A stretch of DNA of 63,902 nt, the filler included, from Octopus bimaculoides (taxonomy: Eukaryota): assembly GCF_001194135.2 (NCBI RefSeq). It is 6 parts of 5 records of this genome, joined end to end, with 100 filler letters (N's around TTAATTAATTAA, not from the genome) between each part and the next. Parts side by side here need not be neighbours in the genome. Positions count along the whole stretch, not along the records: positions 28,822 to 38,365 come from NC_068988.1; positions 38,466 to 54,120 come from NC_068998.1; 4 more parts are not named here. One strand, written 5' to 3'. Of this stretch, positions 33,521 to 46,779 are shown one piece after another. Below the pieces are notes generated by a model. That model was given only the letters and a program-made list of their open reading frames with translations, was not told the DNA's origin and searched no databases. Numbering within the stretch: position 1 is the first letter of the stretch; every line of letters starts with the position of its first letter. The position numbers were made by a program, and so were the translations under genes.

Positions 33521-34829
33521 ATGTACTCACAAGCACACACATACACACCCTAACACAGCAGACATCCACCCAGTAGGTCATTTTCCACCAGCCTCAATAT
33601 AAGTCCTCACACATTGTACCTTTACACATACCACATGCATCATAAACACCTCAAGAATTTAACCAAAACATAAAAGAAAGAAAACACACTAACAAATACA
33701 GATGTGTATGTGATCTTTGGCCCTCCCTGCCCCTGCAAACACTATACATGTAGTACCACTTCACACATTCCATTTCTACAAGAGTACCAACCTTAAAAAT
33801 ACACACGTTTCTCATAAACTCTTGCCAACTTGTAACACGCCAAGAGATGGCGTTTTTGATATCAAGGGACGTAACTCTTAACACTTGCTTGGTTTGTTTT
33901 ATCATCTTTTCACAGCAACCACAAACTGGATGTGTCTGTTCACCTCCAACAATAGAGAGCAGTCGCTGTATTTTATTCCATAATTGCCATCTCTGAAGAG
34001 TGCAGGATTACATAATTGGATTGTTACCTTACACTCCATTGAACCTCTAGTGCAAAACTGATTTGTAAGATCAGCCATAATGGATATATAATACCATACA
34101 CTTCAATTAATATATATATATATATATATATATGGTTTTTTTTTTCATGGGTTGAGTGTGTATGTTTGTTTTTCTGTCTTTCAACACAGAGACAATGCAA
34201 CAGACTTTAAAAGAAGACTTTTCCTTTGAATTCAAGGAGAAAACGTAGTTGAGAGAGAAATACAGTGAGTGAGAGAGAAAAAGAGAGGGTGTGCGTGTGA
34301 AAGATAGCTAGTGTTGTCACCATAAAAACTAACAAGTTTTGATTAAAATTGCAGGAATTTTAAGTGAAAGTCTGTCAACACAACATAGACTTCAATAAAA
34401 AAGGTTATAGATGTATGTTAATTTTTGGGTTGCTTGCATGTGATTGTATGTTTCTGTGTCTTTCAGCCTATAGATGAAGCTACACATACTTTAAAGACGA
34501 CTTTCAATTTGAACACATGCATGATTATCAAGTATTTTTACCAGCAGCAGAGTAGTGACGGATAATGACCGAAGTGGAACTTCTTTTCTCTAGTACAGAG
34601 TTCTAGGGGAGGTAATTAAGAAATATAGTTAAAAGTGACTCTAAATTCTAAGTTTTGTAGCATCTACAAAACTTTTTGAAAACTTTGAAATACAGAAAAT
34701 TAAATAAAAAGCAAAACAAAAGGAATAACAACAGAATTGTTTCATCATAAAAGCTATTTATTTTAAAAAATACAATAAAATATTTATATTATAGCTTTTG
34801 TTACAGTATAATCCAGTAATGAAGGACAC

Positions 34830-36074
34830 AAACTTGACATTTTTAATGCCACTGTTTTCCTTCTTGATTTACACAGCTTTGAAGTCTGCCTCTTATGCTG
34901 CACCAAACATTTTCTCACAAGTCACTCTGGGCATTAATTTCTTGAAATGCATCTCTTATGTAATTTTTTAAATCACCGACACTTCTTGGTTTTTGACTAT
35001 AAACTTTGTCCTTGAGTACTCCCCAAAAGAAAAAATCCATAGGGGTCAAGTCTGGTGAACGTGCCGGCCAATCGATTGGGCCTCTTCGACCAATCCATTT
35101 CAATGGAAATGTTTCATCAAGATACTCACGAACTCCTTTGGAATAATGTGGAGGGGCCCCATCTTGTTGAAAATAAAAGTCATGTAAATTAGGTTGTTTC
35201 TGTAACTGGGGAACAACTTGATTCCTTAGAATTTCGAGATACTTATCTCCTGTCATTGTTCCGTCCAAAAGAAAATGGTCCATAAACACCAGAACTTGAA
35301 ATACCACCCCAAACATTGACACCAGGCTGATTTAGCTGTTGTTCTAATGTTAAATGCATGTTCTCACTATACCAGTAAACACAATTATGTCTATTGATAT
35401 GACCGGATAATTTAAAAGAAGCTTCATCACTCCACACAATGTTATCTAAAATTCCCGGGTTTTCTTCAATTTTTTTCAGCATAATTTCACTAAATTGCAG
35501 TTGCCTGTCTGGATCATCCTCCAGTAAGCCATGAATTAGCTGTGGTCGATAGGGTTTCAACCCAATTTGCGTTATGATTCGCCTAATAGAGGTTTGTGGT
35601 ATGCTCAATTCCATAGAAGCTCTTCTGGTAGATTTTTTTGGACTTTGAACAAATGCATCGGTAACACGTTGCTTATTATCCTCTGTGCAGACTGTTTTGA
35701 GTCAACCAGTTTTAGGAGCATTAAGGATTGAGCCAGTGGCATCGAATTTGTCACGGATACGGTAAATGGTTTGTCTTTTTGGAGCTGGAGTATCAAATGT
35801 TTCAACCCACTTTCTCCTTATGGTTTCAGTATTCTGAAATTTCCAATACTCTTTTAACGCCCATATTCTTTTATCTGTATTTAAATTATTTGACATTATG
35901 GGTTCTCTTAACAACCTGAAAAAAAAAAAAAAACAGATTAAATTTTTTTAAATGTAGTTATAAAATTGTAATTATATAACACAAAAAAAACATAGTTATA
36001 ATAAACAATTGCATTAATATAACTGATACATAAACCTATTCCAAATACTGTCCAACTACTTTTGGCTCACTCTG
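34830..36074 (-). mobile_element. DD41D (rosa/Visitor-type) Tc1/mariner transposon with few frameshifts
   Basis: WSDEASF, FQQDGAPPH and RSPDLTPMD, with 41 residues between the 2nd and 3rd D. Right end CTGTCCAACTACTTTTGGCTCACTCTG+TA at 36048-36076; matching left TIR not found. Confidence 0.92.
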
Positions 36075-36160
36075 TATATATAATCCAAGAGAGTTAGGGG
36101 TTGAGGATTCAACCCACTAAGGGATAGTATCTATCCAATATACTGCTGGGAGGGTAGTTA

Positions 36161-37369
36161 CAGGGTGGGGCATAAATACTGTTACAAAATAAAACACAGA
36201 TTTATCCCGACAAAAATTTATTTAAGAACCCACTATTACAAAATATGCTTTGCAAATGCCCAAGGAACAATATGGTGTAACGTTTATTCAAAATGTTTAC
36301 CTCGTGCCTTCACAACACTACGAAGTCTTTTTGGGAAGTCAACAATAGCAGCACGCACAACATCTAAGGGTATTTTATCCCAGTACTTGGTCAATTTTTT
36401 CTTTAGAGCTTCAATATTTTGGCAAGGAGTAGAGCAGGCTTCATTCTCCAGAATTGACCACAAAGAATAATCAAGAGTGTTAAGATCAAGTGATGAGGGA
36501 GGCCATTCTTCTTTGCTGATCCAGGATGGACAGTTGTCTCTACACCACTGTTGTGTTAATCGAGACGTGTGGCTCGTCGCCCCATCTTGTTGGAAAGTCC
36601 AAACTTCATCACCGCACACCGAATTGCACCATGGTATAAACGCGCCTTCCAGAATGTCCTCGATGTACTGTTCTTTGTTTATCTTTATTCCTTGAGGGAC
36701 AAAAACAAGTGGAGTTTTCCCTCTTTCAGAAATGGCTGCCCAGACCATCACTGATGCTGGTTTTTGGGTTCTGAAAACCTTTCCTGCATTACCAGGTATT
36801 GCCTCAATACTTTTAGCAAGGATTCGGTCATTTTGATGATTGTGAGACTGTTGAACTGAGAATAACTTTTCATCACTACAGATGATGTTACGGAGCGTGC
36901 CATCTTTAATACGGTTCAACAAGAGTCTGCTTCTGCTGAGTCTCTTTTCAGTTGTGGGCGTGGAGAGAAGCTGTCTCTTTTGGAGTTTATAGGGTGACAA
37001 CTTTAGGTCACTTTTGCATATCCTCCGCATAGTCCTTGGTGATGTTTGTGCTTCTTTTGCCATTCTCCTCATGGATCTTCTTGGATTTCGTCTGATTTTT
37101 TCCCTNNNNNNNNNNNNNNNNNNNNNNNNNNNNNNNNNTTTCCCTAACCTGAATATTTCAGGTGGACGCATGCCCTTCTCATGTTGCTCTATGATGAATT
37201 TTCTCTTCCATTCAACAGACATTGCAACAAAATTTTAATATGTAGTTTCTGAAATACAAGAAAACATATAATAAACTATCATTTAACTCAAATAAATCAT
37301 TAGAATTCTTTGAATATTATTATGAAAAATAGTTTTGAACTTTTGTAACAGTATTTATGCCCCACCCTG
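36161..37369 (-). mobile_element. maT/DD37D transposon with perfect 29-bp TIRs and TA target duplication
   Basis: CAGGGTGGGGCATAAATACTGTTACAAAA at 36161 and its exact reverse complement at 37341-37369, with TA on both sides. One ORF 36284-37222 carries CSDEKLF, QQDGATSH and LDLNTLD (37-residue spacing). Confidence 0.96.
36284..37222 (-). CDS. DD37D transposase ORF (312 aa, 33-nt N gap)
   Basis: No stops in the called bases. The usual SPDLNPLD motif reads SLDLNTLD. Confidence 0.8.
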   Translation of the reverse strand: MSVEWKRKFIIEQHEKGMRPPEIFRLGKXXXXXXXXXXXREKIRRNPRRSMRRMAKEAQTSPRTMRRICKSDLKLSPYKLQKRQLLSTPTTEKRLSRSRLLLNRIKDGTLRNIICSDEKLFSVQQSHNHQNDRILAKSIEAIPGNAGKVFRTQKPASVMVWAAISERGKTPLVFVPQGIKINKEQYIEDILEGAFIPWCNSVCGDEVWTFQQDGATSHTSRLTQQWCRDNCPSWISKEEWPPSSLDLNTLDYSLWSILENEACSTPCQNIEALKKKLTKYWDKIPLDVVRAAIVDFPKRLRSVVKARGKHFE

Positions 37370-37450
37370 TATAAAATAAACAGATTAATCAACGGAATAC
37401 ATTGTCTGCAAGTCGATGGATACCGCATATTCTCCTCCACTTTCTCATTG

Positions 37451-37493
<43 letters not shown>

Positions 37494-37495
<2 letters not shown>

Positions 37496-38040
37496 GAGGG
37501 TGTCCCAAAACTCACTGGTGGGTGGTTTCAATTTTTAGTAACTCCCTTAACTTTACAAATAAATACATGAAATTTTGATACAATATAAAGGACATAATGG
37601 AAATTAACATGTACAAGTCAAATTTTGCAACACCACTACATCACATATGAAAAATGACAGCCATTTTCTGCTTAGCACACCTGTGCTCTTTCCAAAACTT
37701 GCACCATAACACCCTCAAGAGTTTCAGATCCACTTCTCCGATTTCTCTATTGATCTTCTTCATTTGCACCAGGGTCTCTGGTTTGTTGATGTAAACCCTC
37801 TCTTTCAGGTATCTCCACAAGACAAAATCTGGGCTTGTCAAGTCTGGGGAACGTGAAGGCCAGTTAACATTGCCATAGCGGGAGATTATTCTCTCTCCAA
37901 AGCACTGCTGTAGCAACTGTATTGTTTCTCTTGTAGTATGAGCAGTTGCCCCATCTTGCTGGAGCCATGTGTGAGGTCTACTTTGAATGGCCTTCACGTT
38001 CTCCAAACTTGACTAGCCTGGATTTTTTCTTGTGGGGATA
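37494..38040 (-). mobile_element. Second DD41D transposase 3' fragment
   Basis: WLQQDGATAH...WPSRSPDLTSPD (41-residue spacing); terminal CAGAGGGTGTCCCAAAA at about 37494. Confidence 0.85.
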
Positions 38041-38365
38041 CCTGGTGCAAATGAAAGAGAACATATGTATGTTCTTGTGTGTGTGTGTGTGTGTACGAGC
38101 GCACCTTTAATTCCAGGGTCATTGCTCAGTCATGTGTTGAAAAACCAAATTTGAACTTCTTTCTGTTAAACTATTCGATCCATTCATACCTACACACAAG
38201 CACACACACATACAAACATATGTCAATTATAATCTGCTTCTGGTTTTATTGCTTGTTGTGCGGAGACTAATAAGTGCTAGGTTCAACCCAATGCCAGCCA
38301 AAGTCCCCTAAGAAAAGGAACAGGAGACAGTTTTGTGCGTGTGTGCCTATATATATATATATATA

Positions 38366-38465
38366 NNNNNNNNNNNNNNNNNNNNNNNNNNNNNNNNNNN
38401 NNNNNNNNNTTAATTAATTAANNNNNNNNNNNNNNNNNNNNNNNNNNNNNNNNNNNNNNNNNNNN
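38366..38465. other. Artificial scaffold spacer N44-TTAATTAATTAA-N44
   Basis: Same 100-bp pattern as 28722-28821. Confidence 0.95.
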
Positions 38466-39518
38466 CACACACACACATTCAAAGATATGGATGTCTATGT
38501 GTATAAACATGCATACATACACGCATGAATACACATATAAATACATATCCACATATATATTATAGGGGAGAGGGAGCAGTTGCGGGGTTGGGGTCTGATG
38601 GGTCCGAGTGGGATGGTGGCGGGCGGGAGAGGAAGGACTGTTTTATTACAAACAAAGATGTGTTTGTGTGTCTGGGCAAAAGACAAACAGTCGCCAAAGG
38701 TTAATGATGACGTCTAGTTAATGCGTTCTAATTAGAATGTCTACCTATTACGAGAACTCCCAGTGTTTCTAAACATTAATGATTCACTAGCGTATTTATA
38801 ACAAAACAAAAAAAAAGAAGTAAACTACGACTGAGAAAGAGAGAAAGAGAGAGAGACAGACAGAGACAGAGAAGGAGGGCAAAAAATAATACGCCGATAG
38901 AAGAGGAAGTATGGAAGGGAAGAAGGGAAGAAATGGTATTGCAAGGCAAGTTTGTCGTTTGTTTACTGCCCACTGCGTTAGGGTGATTACGAAGTATGGA
39001 GCCAAGTAAATAACACTTGCAGAACAGGCATCCCATCCCGGTAGGTGGTCGCGGATAGAAAGGACAATAGTTTTTTATATCCGTCCACCCTTGAGGAAAC
39101 GCGTGCACGATTTTTACTGAGTTGTTGTTTGTCTGTTTACTAATTTATTTATTTATTTATTTATTATACACACACAGACACACATTCTCATTTTTATATA
39201 TATAGATATTATATACGTGTGTGTACGTATATATGAGTATTGATGTTGTTGTTGTTTAGTCCTAGGTTAGCGTTGACTGGTCAGATACAAGATCGATGAT
39301 CATAGACGTTCCAGCAATGATCATTCCAACTTAAACATGTATGTCTGTGAGGATGCGGATAAGTATAGAGGAAAAATTGACCTTGTGCGATTTGAACCCA
39401 GGACGTAAATATTCATAAATAAAAATTATGCAATTTCAGCTCCCTTGGCGCAAAGACAGAAATTTTTAGGGGTTAATCAATTGAATCAACTCCATTTTTT
39501 TCTTCTCTGTTACTTTCT

Positions 39519-39558
<40 letters not shown>

Positions 39559-39880
39559 GATTGGCAAAACGGTTCCTGACATTGACATGACAGTTCACAA
39601 AAGTCAGGACCTTCGAAAAACAGCATGGAACTGACCCCCCCCCCACTATATATTCATTCTTTATATAATTGTATCTATTTTCTATTTTTATCGTTCAATT
39701 TTCTTTTTTTACTTTTAAACATTTTATGTATATTTATTTATCTATTTGTTTATTGAATAGACCTTTAGTGTGATGTTTCGGACAATAACATCGGTTTCTG
39801 GCATCCGCTGTCTCACCGACCCGGGTTTCTACAGTGGCTGATGGCAGGCGTCCATCTCTCCGTCCGTCACTGTGTCCGAC

Positions 39881-39938
39881 TGTCCGTCCGTCCGTCCGTC
39901 CGTCCGTCCGTCCGTCCGTCCGTCCGTCCATCCGTCCG
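39881..39938. repeat. (GTCC)n microsatellite
   Basis: About 13 near-perfect GTCC units. Confidence 0.95.
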
Positions 39939-40064
39939 TGTGTCCTTGCATACGTCTATTATTGTTGCATCGTTCGTTGTTCATCTCGTCATGACAGGCT
40001 CTGTCCAACACTTCACCACACCCCATCACTGACTGTAACATTTACTTAAAATATAGAGGTTTAA

Positions 40065-40127
<63 letters not shown>

Positions 40128-40345
40128 GCAACAACACAACAACAGACAGATACATAGACGAAGTAGAGCCCCACAACCAAGGCAGACGTCACCAACCAGA
40201 GCAATTAGTAAACGAATGTACCGATATGGGACGGGGTAAGGTGCTGGCAGTATTCAATCACCCGAACTTGCTAGAAATAACAGTAGGCATCTTGATACAA
40301 TACCACCCTAATGTTTTTCAATTGGAGGAACATATTCGACTATAT

Positions 40346-40378
<33 letters not shown>

Positions 40379-40599
40379 NNNNNNNNNNNNNNNNNNNNNN
40401 NNNNNNNNNNNNNNNNNNNNNNNNNNNNNNNNNNNNNNNNNNNNNNNNNNNNNNNNNNNNNNNNNNNNNNNNNNNNNNNNNNNNNNNNNNNNNNNNNNNN
40501 NNNNNNNNNNNNNNNNNNNNNNNNNTATATATATATATATATATACACCTAATTTCAGGTCTTGAGCTTATGGAAGAAAGGAATATTATCATCATTTAA

Positions 40600-40647
<48 letters not shown>

Positions 40648-41220
40648 TAGCACCGTTATTGCTGTTGTTAATACTAAAGTGAATTTTATTAATGAATTTA
40701 TGCAAATGTAAGTCTATAAATAAACATGTACCCCACTGACATGACCTTGAATAAGTAAACTGGAGAGAGAGAGGGAGAGAGAGAGAGAGAGAGAGAGAGG
40801 GGATGAAAGAAAGAAAGAAAGAAAGAGAGAGTGAGATCACTCAGAGTAATAACAATACGATAAAAATATAATAAATAATTTATCAATTAATATTGATCAA
40901 TTAATAAGTGTGAGGATGGTGGTGGTGGGGGGTAGTGAAGGCGGTGTGGGATATATAAAATGGCCGACGGCAGGAATTGTGTGGAGGTTTTTTATTTATT
41001 TATTTATTTATTTTTTTAAAGAAGAGGTTTTAGTGCAGTTTTTAAAAAAATAATTGATTAATGGTTCAGTGATTATCATGATGGGTGTGTGTGTGTATGT
41101 GTATGTGTATGTGTGTTTTCTGTGTGTTATTGGCGTGCTATGTGGCTATAGCTATACACACGCACACAGATACGGTGCATATGCGTGTGTATGTATATAT
41201 GTCTGTACACATACATATGC

Positions 41221-41260
<40 letters not shown>

Positions 41261-42388
41261 AGATATATAAATATATACATATATACATACATATATGTAC
41301 ANNNNNNNNNNNNNNNNNNNNNNNNNNNNNNNNNNNNNNNNNNNNNNNNNNNNNNNNNNNNNNNNNNNNNNNNNNNNNNNNNNNNNNNNNNNNNNNNNNN
41401 NNNNNNNNNNNNNNNNNNNNNNNNNNNNNNNNNNNNNNNNNNNNNNNNNNNNNNNNNNNNNNNNNNNNNNNNNNNNNNNNNNNNNNNNNNNNNNNNNNNN
41501 NNNNNNNNNNNNNNNNNNNNNNNNNNNNNNNNNNNNNNNNNNNNNNNNNNNNNNNNNNNNNNNNNNNNNNNNNNNNNNNNNNNNNNNNNNNNNNNNNNNN
41601 NNNNNNNNNNNNNNNNNNNNNNNNNNNNNNNNNNNNNNNNNNNNNNNNNNNNNNNNNNNNNNNNNNNNNNNNNNNNNNNNNNNNNNNNNNNNNNNNNNNN
41701 NNNNNNNNNNNNNNNNNNNNNNNNNNNNNNNNNNNNNNNNNNNNNNNNNNNNNNNNNNNNNNNNNNNNNNNNNNNNNNNNNNNNNNNNNNNNNNNNNNNN
41801 NNNNNNNNATATATATATATATATATATAGTAATGGCACCCTGTCGATTAGAAGAAGAAGAAGAAGAAGACGTGTTACAGCTATGACTTGCCAGTTTACT
41901 GTTAACTGTATACACCAAAGTGATTCCACAGACGTTGGCCGCGGAAATTAGTAAGCTTAAGTCTAGCGCTTAGATTGCATGCGCGCCCTAGTGTGCGCGT
42001 GTGTAGTGTTTAGTGAGGGCAGCCCTTGCTGAGCGAAAGGTAGAATTCTGAAATAGCTTAAATGGGTCTCCCAAGTTCTAATTGCTAACGATGTGGCCTG
42101 GTGTGTCCTCAAACGGGAGCGGGGGGGAGGGGATTTAGGATAGATTTAACTGTTATTTGTTGTAGGTCGAATGACCGCGTAGAAATCTCCCCTCGTTAGC
42201 CCTTATCTACATTAAACATGTATAATGTGATAATGTGTTATTTCGTCAAATGTGTTTATTAATTAGCATGGCCTAGCTGGAGCGACGATGCGTGGGAAAA
42301 TTTGTGCCATGAACTAATTCAATTTTTGTGAGTTATTTCATTTTGTGATATATATGTGTGCATGAGTGTGTGTACACACACGCACACA

Positions 42389-42458
<70 letters not shown>

Positions 42459-43764
42459 CACATATATGCATATATGTATATACAAACAGATAAACATATA
42501 CGTACATACACACACAGACACGCATATACGCATATATATATATATAAATAGACACATATGCACACGTATTCATATACATACATGGTGTGTAAATATTAAT
42601 ATACACACACATATACATACATGTGCGTGCGTGTGTGTATGTGTGTTCGTATGCGTATCTGTGTGCATGTGTGTGCGTATGCGTGCGTGTATATGTATAC
42701 GTATGTGTATTTTAATGAATTATGGGCGGATCAGCATCGCCAAGCATGGCCGCAGCCCGAAGGGTGGAACCCGTGGAAGTGTGAAAGAATGAATTTGGCT
42801 TTCGTGTGCGTGGGCGGTATAGCAAATGGTGGTGGTGGCGGTGGCGATGGCGATGTAAGGCTTCGAATGTTCGAGGGCGGTGCACTGATGAAGGTGTCAT
42901 GTGAATGAGGATGGTGTGATTGTAAAAAGAAAAAGGGCACCAGACCGCCAAATCCCCCCCTAGATTTCGAAGTCCCTAGATCTCTAGCTACAACAATTTA
43001 AACATATTTATTTATAATGTATCATCAATAAAGACTTAGCACTCTAACCNNNNNNNNNNNNNNNNNNNNNNNNNNNNNNNNNNNNNNNNNNNNNNNNNNN
43101 NNNNNNNNNNNNNNNNNNNNNNNNNNNNNNNNNNNNNNNNNNNNNNNNNNNNNNNNNNNNNNNNNNNNNNNNNNNNNNNNNNNNNNNNNNNNNNNNNNNN
43201 NNNNNNNNNNNNNNNNNNNNNNNNNNNNNNNNNNNNNNNNNNNNNNNNNNNNNNNNNNNNNNNNNNNNNNNNNNNNNNNNNNNNNNNNNNNNNNNNNNNN
43301 NNNNNNNNNNNNNNNNNNNNNNNNNNNNNNNNNNNNNNNNNNNNNNNNNNNNNNNNNNNNNNNNNNNNNNNNNNNNNNNNNNNNNNNNNNNNNNNNNNNN
43401 NNNNNNNNNNNNNNNNNNNNNNNNNNNNNNNNNNNNNNNNNNNNNNNNNNNNNNNNNNNNNNNNNNNNNNNNNNNNNNNNNNNNNNNNNNNNNNNNNNNN
43501 NNNNNNNNNNNNNNNNNNNNNNNNNNNNNNNNNNNNNNNNNNNNNNNNNNNNNNNNNNNNNNNNNNNNNNNNNNNNNNNNNNNNNNNNNNNNNNNNNNNN
43601 NNNNCCACGACCACCATCGCCATCATCGCCATCATCATCTTCATCATCATCATCATCATCATCACCACCACCAAAAGAACTGGCTATTGCAAGCAAAATT
43701 AAATACTGAACAAAAACGCATTTGGCCAAATTTAGACGTGCGACAATTTAACATAATGGCAACG

Positions 43765-43809
<45 letters not shown>

Positions 43810-43811
<2 letters not shown>

Positions 43812-44300
43812 ACAGTATTAAGTATCTACCAGGCCATCACATGCTGTTATACACCGCTCGTCACAATGCAAACGTAGTCAAACGTATCTTAATTGCGCCA
43901 TTCTTTTCCATCTTGACTCAAATTGTTTGACTAAATCGCCTTCCCATCGTTGTGGTGTCCTTCCAATTGGCCTTCTCCAATCTCTAGGATAACATTCGGC
44001 AACTGCGGACCTACCTGTTGTCTATGAACCTTGAAAGATGTCCAATCCAGTGGAACTTGTGTCCTTAGTAACTTGCGAATACATCATCCACTCCGCACCT
44101 TTCGCCATTTATCTCATTCCAGATATGCTCCCGTAATGATGTTCCTAGCATGGATCCCTCCACGACCCTTTTTCGTCGTAGCCAATCGACGTTCTGGCTT
44201 CTTCGTAGCCGCCCACGTCTCACTTCCGTATAAGAGCGCAGATAGGGCAGTTCTACTGAAGACTCTGACACGTATGGCATTGTCTAGCTTTGAACACATC
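43810..44300 (-). mobile_element. 3' fragment of a second RTE-type LINE family
   Basis: RVRVFSRTALSALLYGSETWAATKKPERRLATT followed by a decayed RTE C-terminus. Confidence 0.8.
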
Positions 44301-46779
44301 CTTTATTGGGATCATTGGTTTACAAACAACAATACTCAGTATTTTACAGGTAATAATTATTTTATTGGCCCCCATGATGAAGATAAGTAAAATCATTTTC
44401 GGTAGGATTTGAACTCAGAACGAAAAGGGATAAATATCACAGCACATTGTTGCCCAGTAATTCTAGAGGTTCTTCAGCTCTTAAGGTACGACTTTATGAA
44501 GTACCAAAATCATTGGAAAAGGAAGGTCTTCGTTTTTGATATTCTTTTGTGCGGCGCATTATTTCCTCTCTGTATATGCCTGTGTATATCTCTAGGTGTG
44601 AGTGTGTGTGTCATGTATGTATGTCTAAGTATTTATGTGCTTGTATATATGCATGTGTGTGTATGTATGTATATGTATGCATGTATGTATGTTTATATGT
44701 ACGTGTGTATGTATGAGTGTATGTATGTATAAATATATATATATATATGTATGTATGTATGCATGCGTGCGTGAATATATACATATATGTATGTGCATGT
44801 ATGTACATATATGCATGTGTGGTGGTGGTGGTGGGGGAGTGACTTAGTATCTCTACCTACTGACAAGACAATTTGTCAAAATTCCCTTAGGAAACCATTT
44901 TATTTGTTTATTTATATATTTATTTTCGATATTTTCTCGCCATCTCACTTCTGTCACCTCATTCCCACCCCTCGATACCTTCCTCCTCGATTCCCCGCTA
45001 AGAGCCACCACCACCACAACGTGATCTTCCCATCTTCGGAAGAGAAACCATAGCTCTTGCGTGGAATCAAAGTGTTCTATCTGTTTATATTCCTCATCAA
45101 ATTCTTCCAGCTCATCTCCACCGACAGACACACCATAATCACAACCNNNNNNNNNNNNNNNNNNNNNNNNNNNNNNNNNNNNNNNNNNNNNNNNNNNNNN
45201 NNNNNNNNNNNNNNNNNNNNNNNNNNNNNNNNNNNNNNNNNNNNNNNNNNNNNNNNNNNNNNNNNNNNNNNNNNNNNNNNNNNNNNNNNNNACCACCATC
45301 ACCACCACCACCGCCATCACCACTAGCACCATTACCACTACGTGACAACCAGCACTGCCACCACCACCGCTACCATCACCATCACAACAACCACAACCAC
45401 AACCACAATCAACACCACCACCATCACCACCACAACCACCACCACCAACAACAACAACAACACCACTACCACTACCGCCAACACTACGAGACCACCACAG
45501 CCACCACCACAACCACAACCATCACTACCACCACTACTACAATGAGATCAACTCCACCACCACCTCATCAGCACTAGTAACAATACTAACAGCACTAACG
45601 AACACTTCCACTACCATTACTATTATCGGCAGTACCACCACCACCACTACGAGGCCATTACCACCACCGCCACCAACAACATCATCAACACCAGTGACAA
45701 CACTGACATCTCTACCATACACTTCCACTAGCACCACCACCACTATCACTCATCCCAACACCACCACCACTGCTGCAACTATCACCAATGCATCTGCGAT
45801 CGTATATCTAACACTTTTCTCACCCAATTCCGCCATTAAAGTATCGGGGACTCATCTATTTGGACGCTGGACTTGTGAGAAATAACATGCAAAGGTCCCT
45901 CAAATCACACCCTGTCGTCTTTTAAAGACAAGGATACATTAGATCATGTAGTCCTAGATATACTATGTCTGTGTGAAAAACAAAACAAAACAAAAACAAA
46001 ACAAAACAAAAACAAAACGAGACGGAAGATATCAAGGAAAGGGTGTCTTTGATCTGAGGTGTTTGCCATGAAGGCTGACCTGGGGCTAAATAAATCCATT
46101 TCTTATGTTGCCACTAGCAAACACCACCATCAATTCCATCTTCACCACGAGCAACACCGCCACCACCACCACCACCACCGCAAACCGCCGCCGCCGCCGC
46201 CGCTACGCCGACATTACTGCAATCAGTACTAACTCTGCCGCGGCCACCACCTTCATCATCATCATCACCATCACCATCACCAATACCACTGCCACTACTA
46301 CTACTAGTACAACACTAACAGCACCATCCCTACCAGCACCATCCCCACCTGCACCAAGTCCACCAGCACCACCAAACAATTAGGCAGGCTTGGTATGGCC
46401 ACTCGACCTGCTAGAAATAGCAACCAAATATCACGTTTTAATGTACTCACTCCCTCTTGCCCATGTCAAATGAAAGACTAGCATAGGAGCCAAACAACAG
46501 CAGCAACAACAACAACAACAACAGCAGCGACACCGCCATCAATTTTACCCCTCCCCCACCCGTCACCACCGCGTTAAGGGGTTAAAGCGATCACAGTTAA
46601 AACCTCTCAAGGAATCGACTTCTCGGGTCTCCATGTGTTATTTTTTAATTGTAAAATGGGGATGTTTCGCACGTTTACTCGAAGGAAGAAGGGTAGCAAG
46701 GCACCCGTAATCTTCTATTCAGAGAATTCCAGGCTGCTGGTAAAGATTGTATAAAAGAGAACCAACAACGTTTCAAGGA

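Noticed and set aside
33651-33960. LINE RT remnant suggested by SLDIKNAISW
   Set aside because: Only one partial motif; flanking RT motifs were not recoverable.
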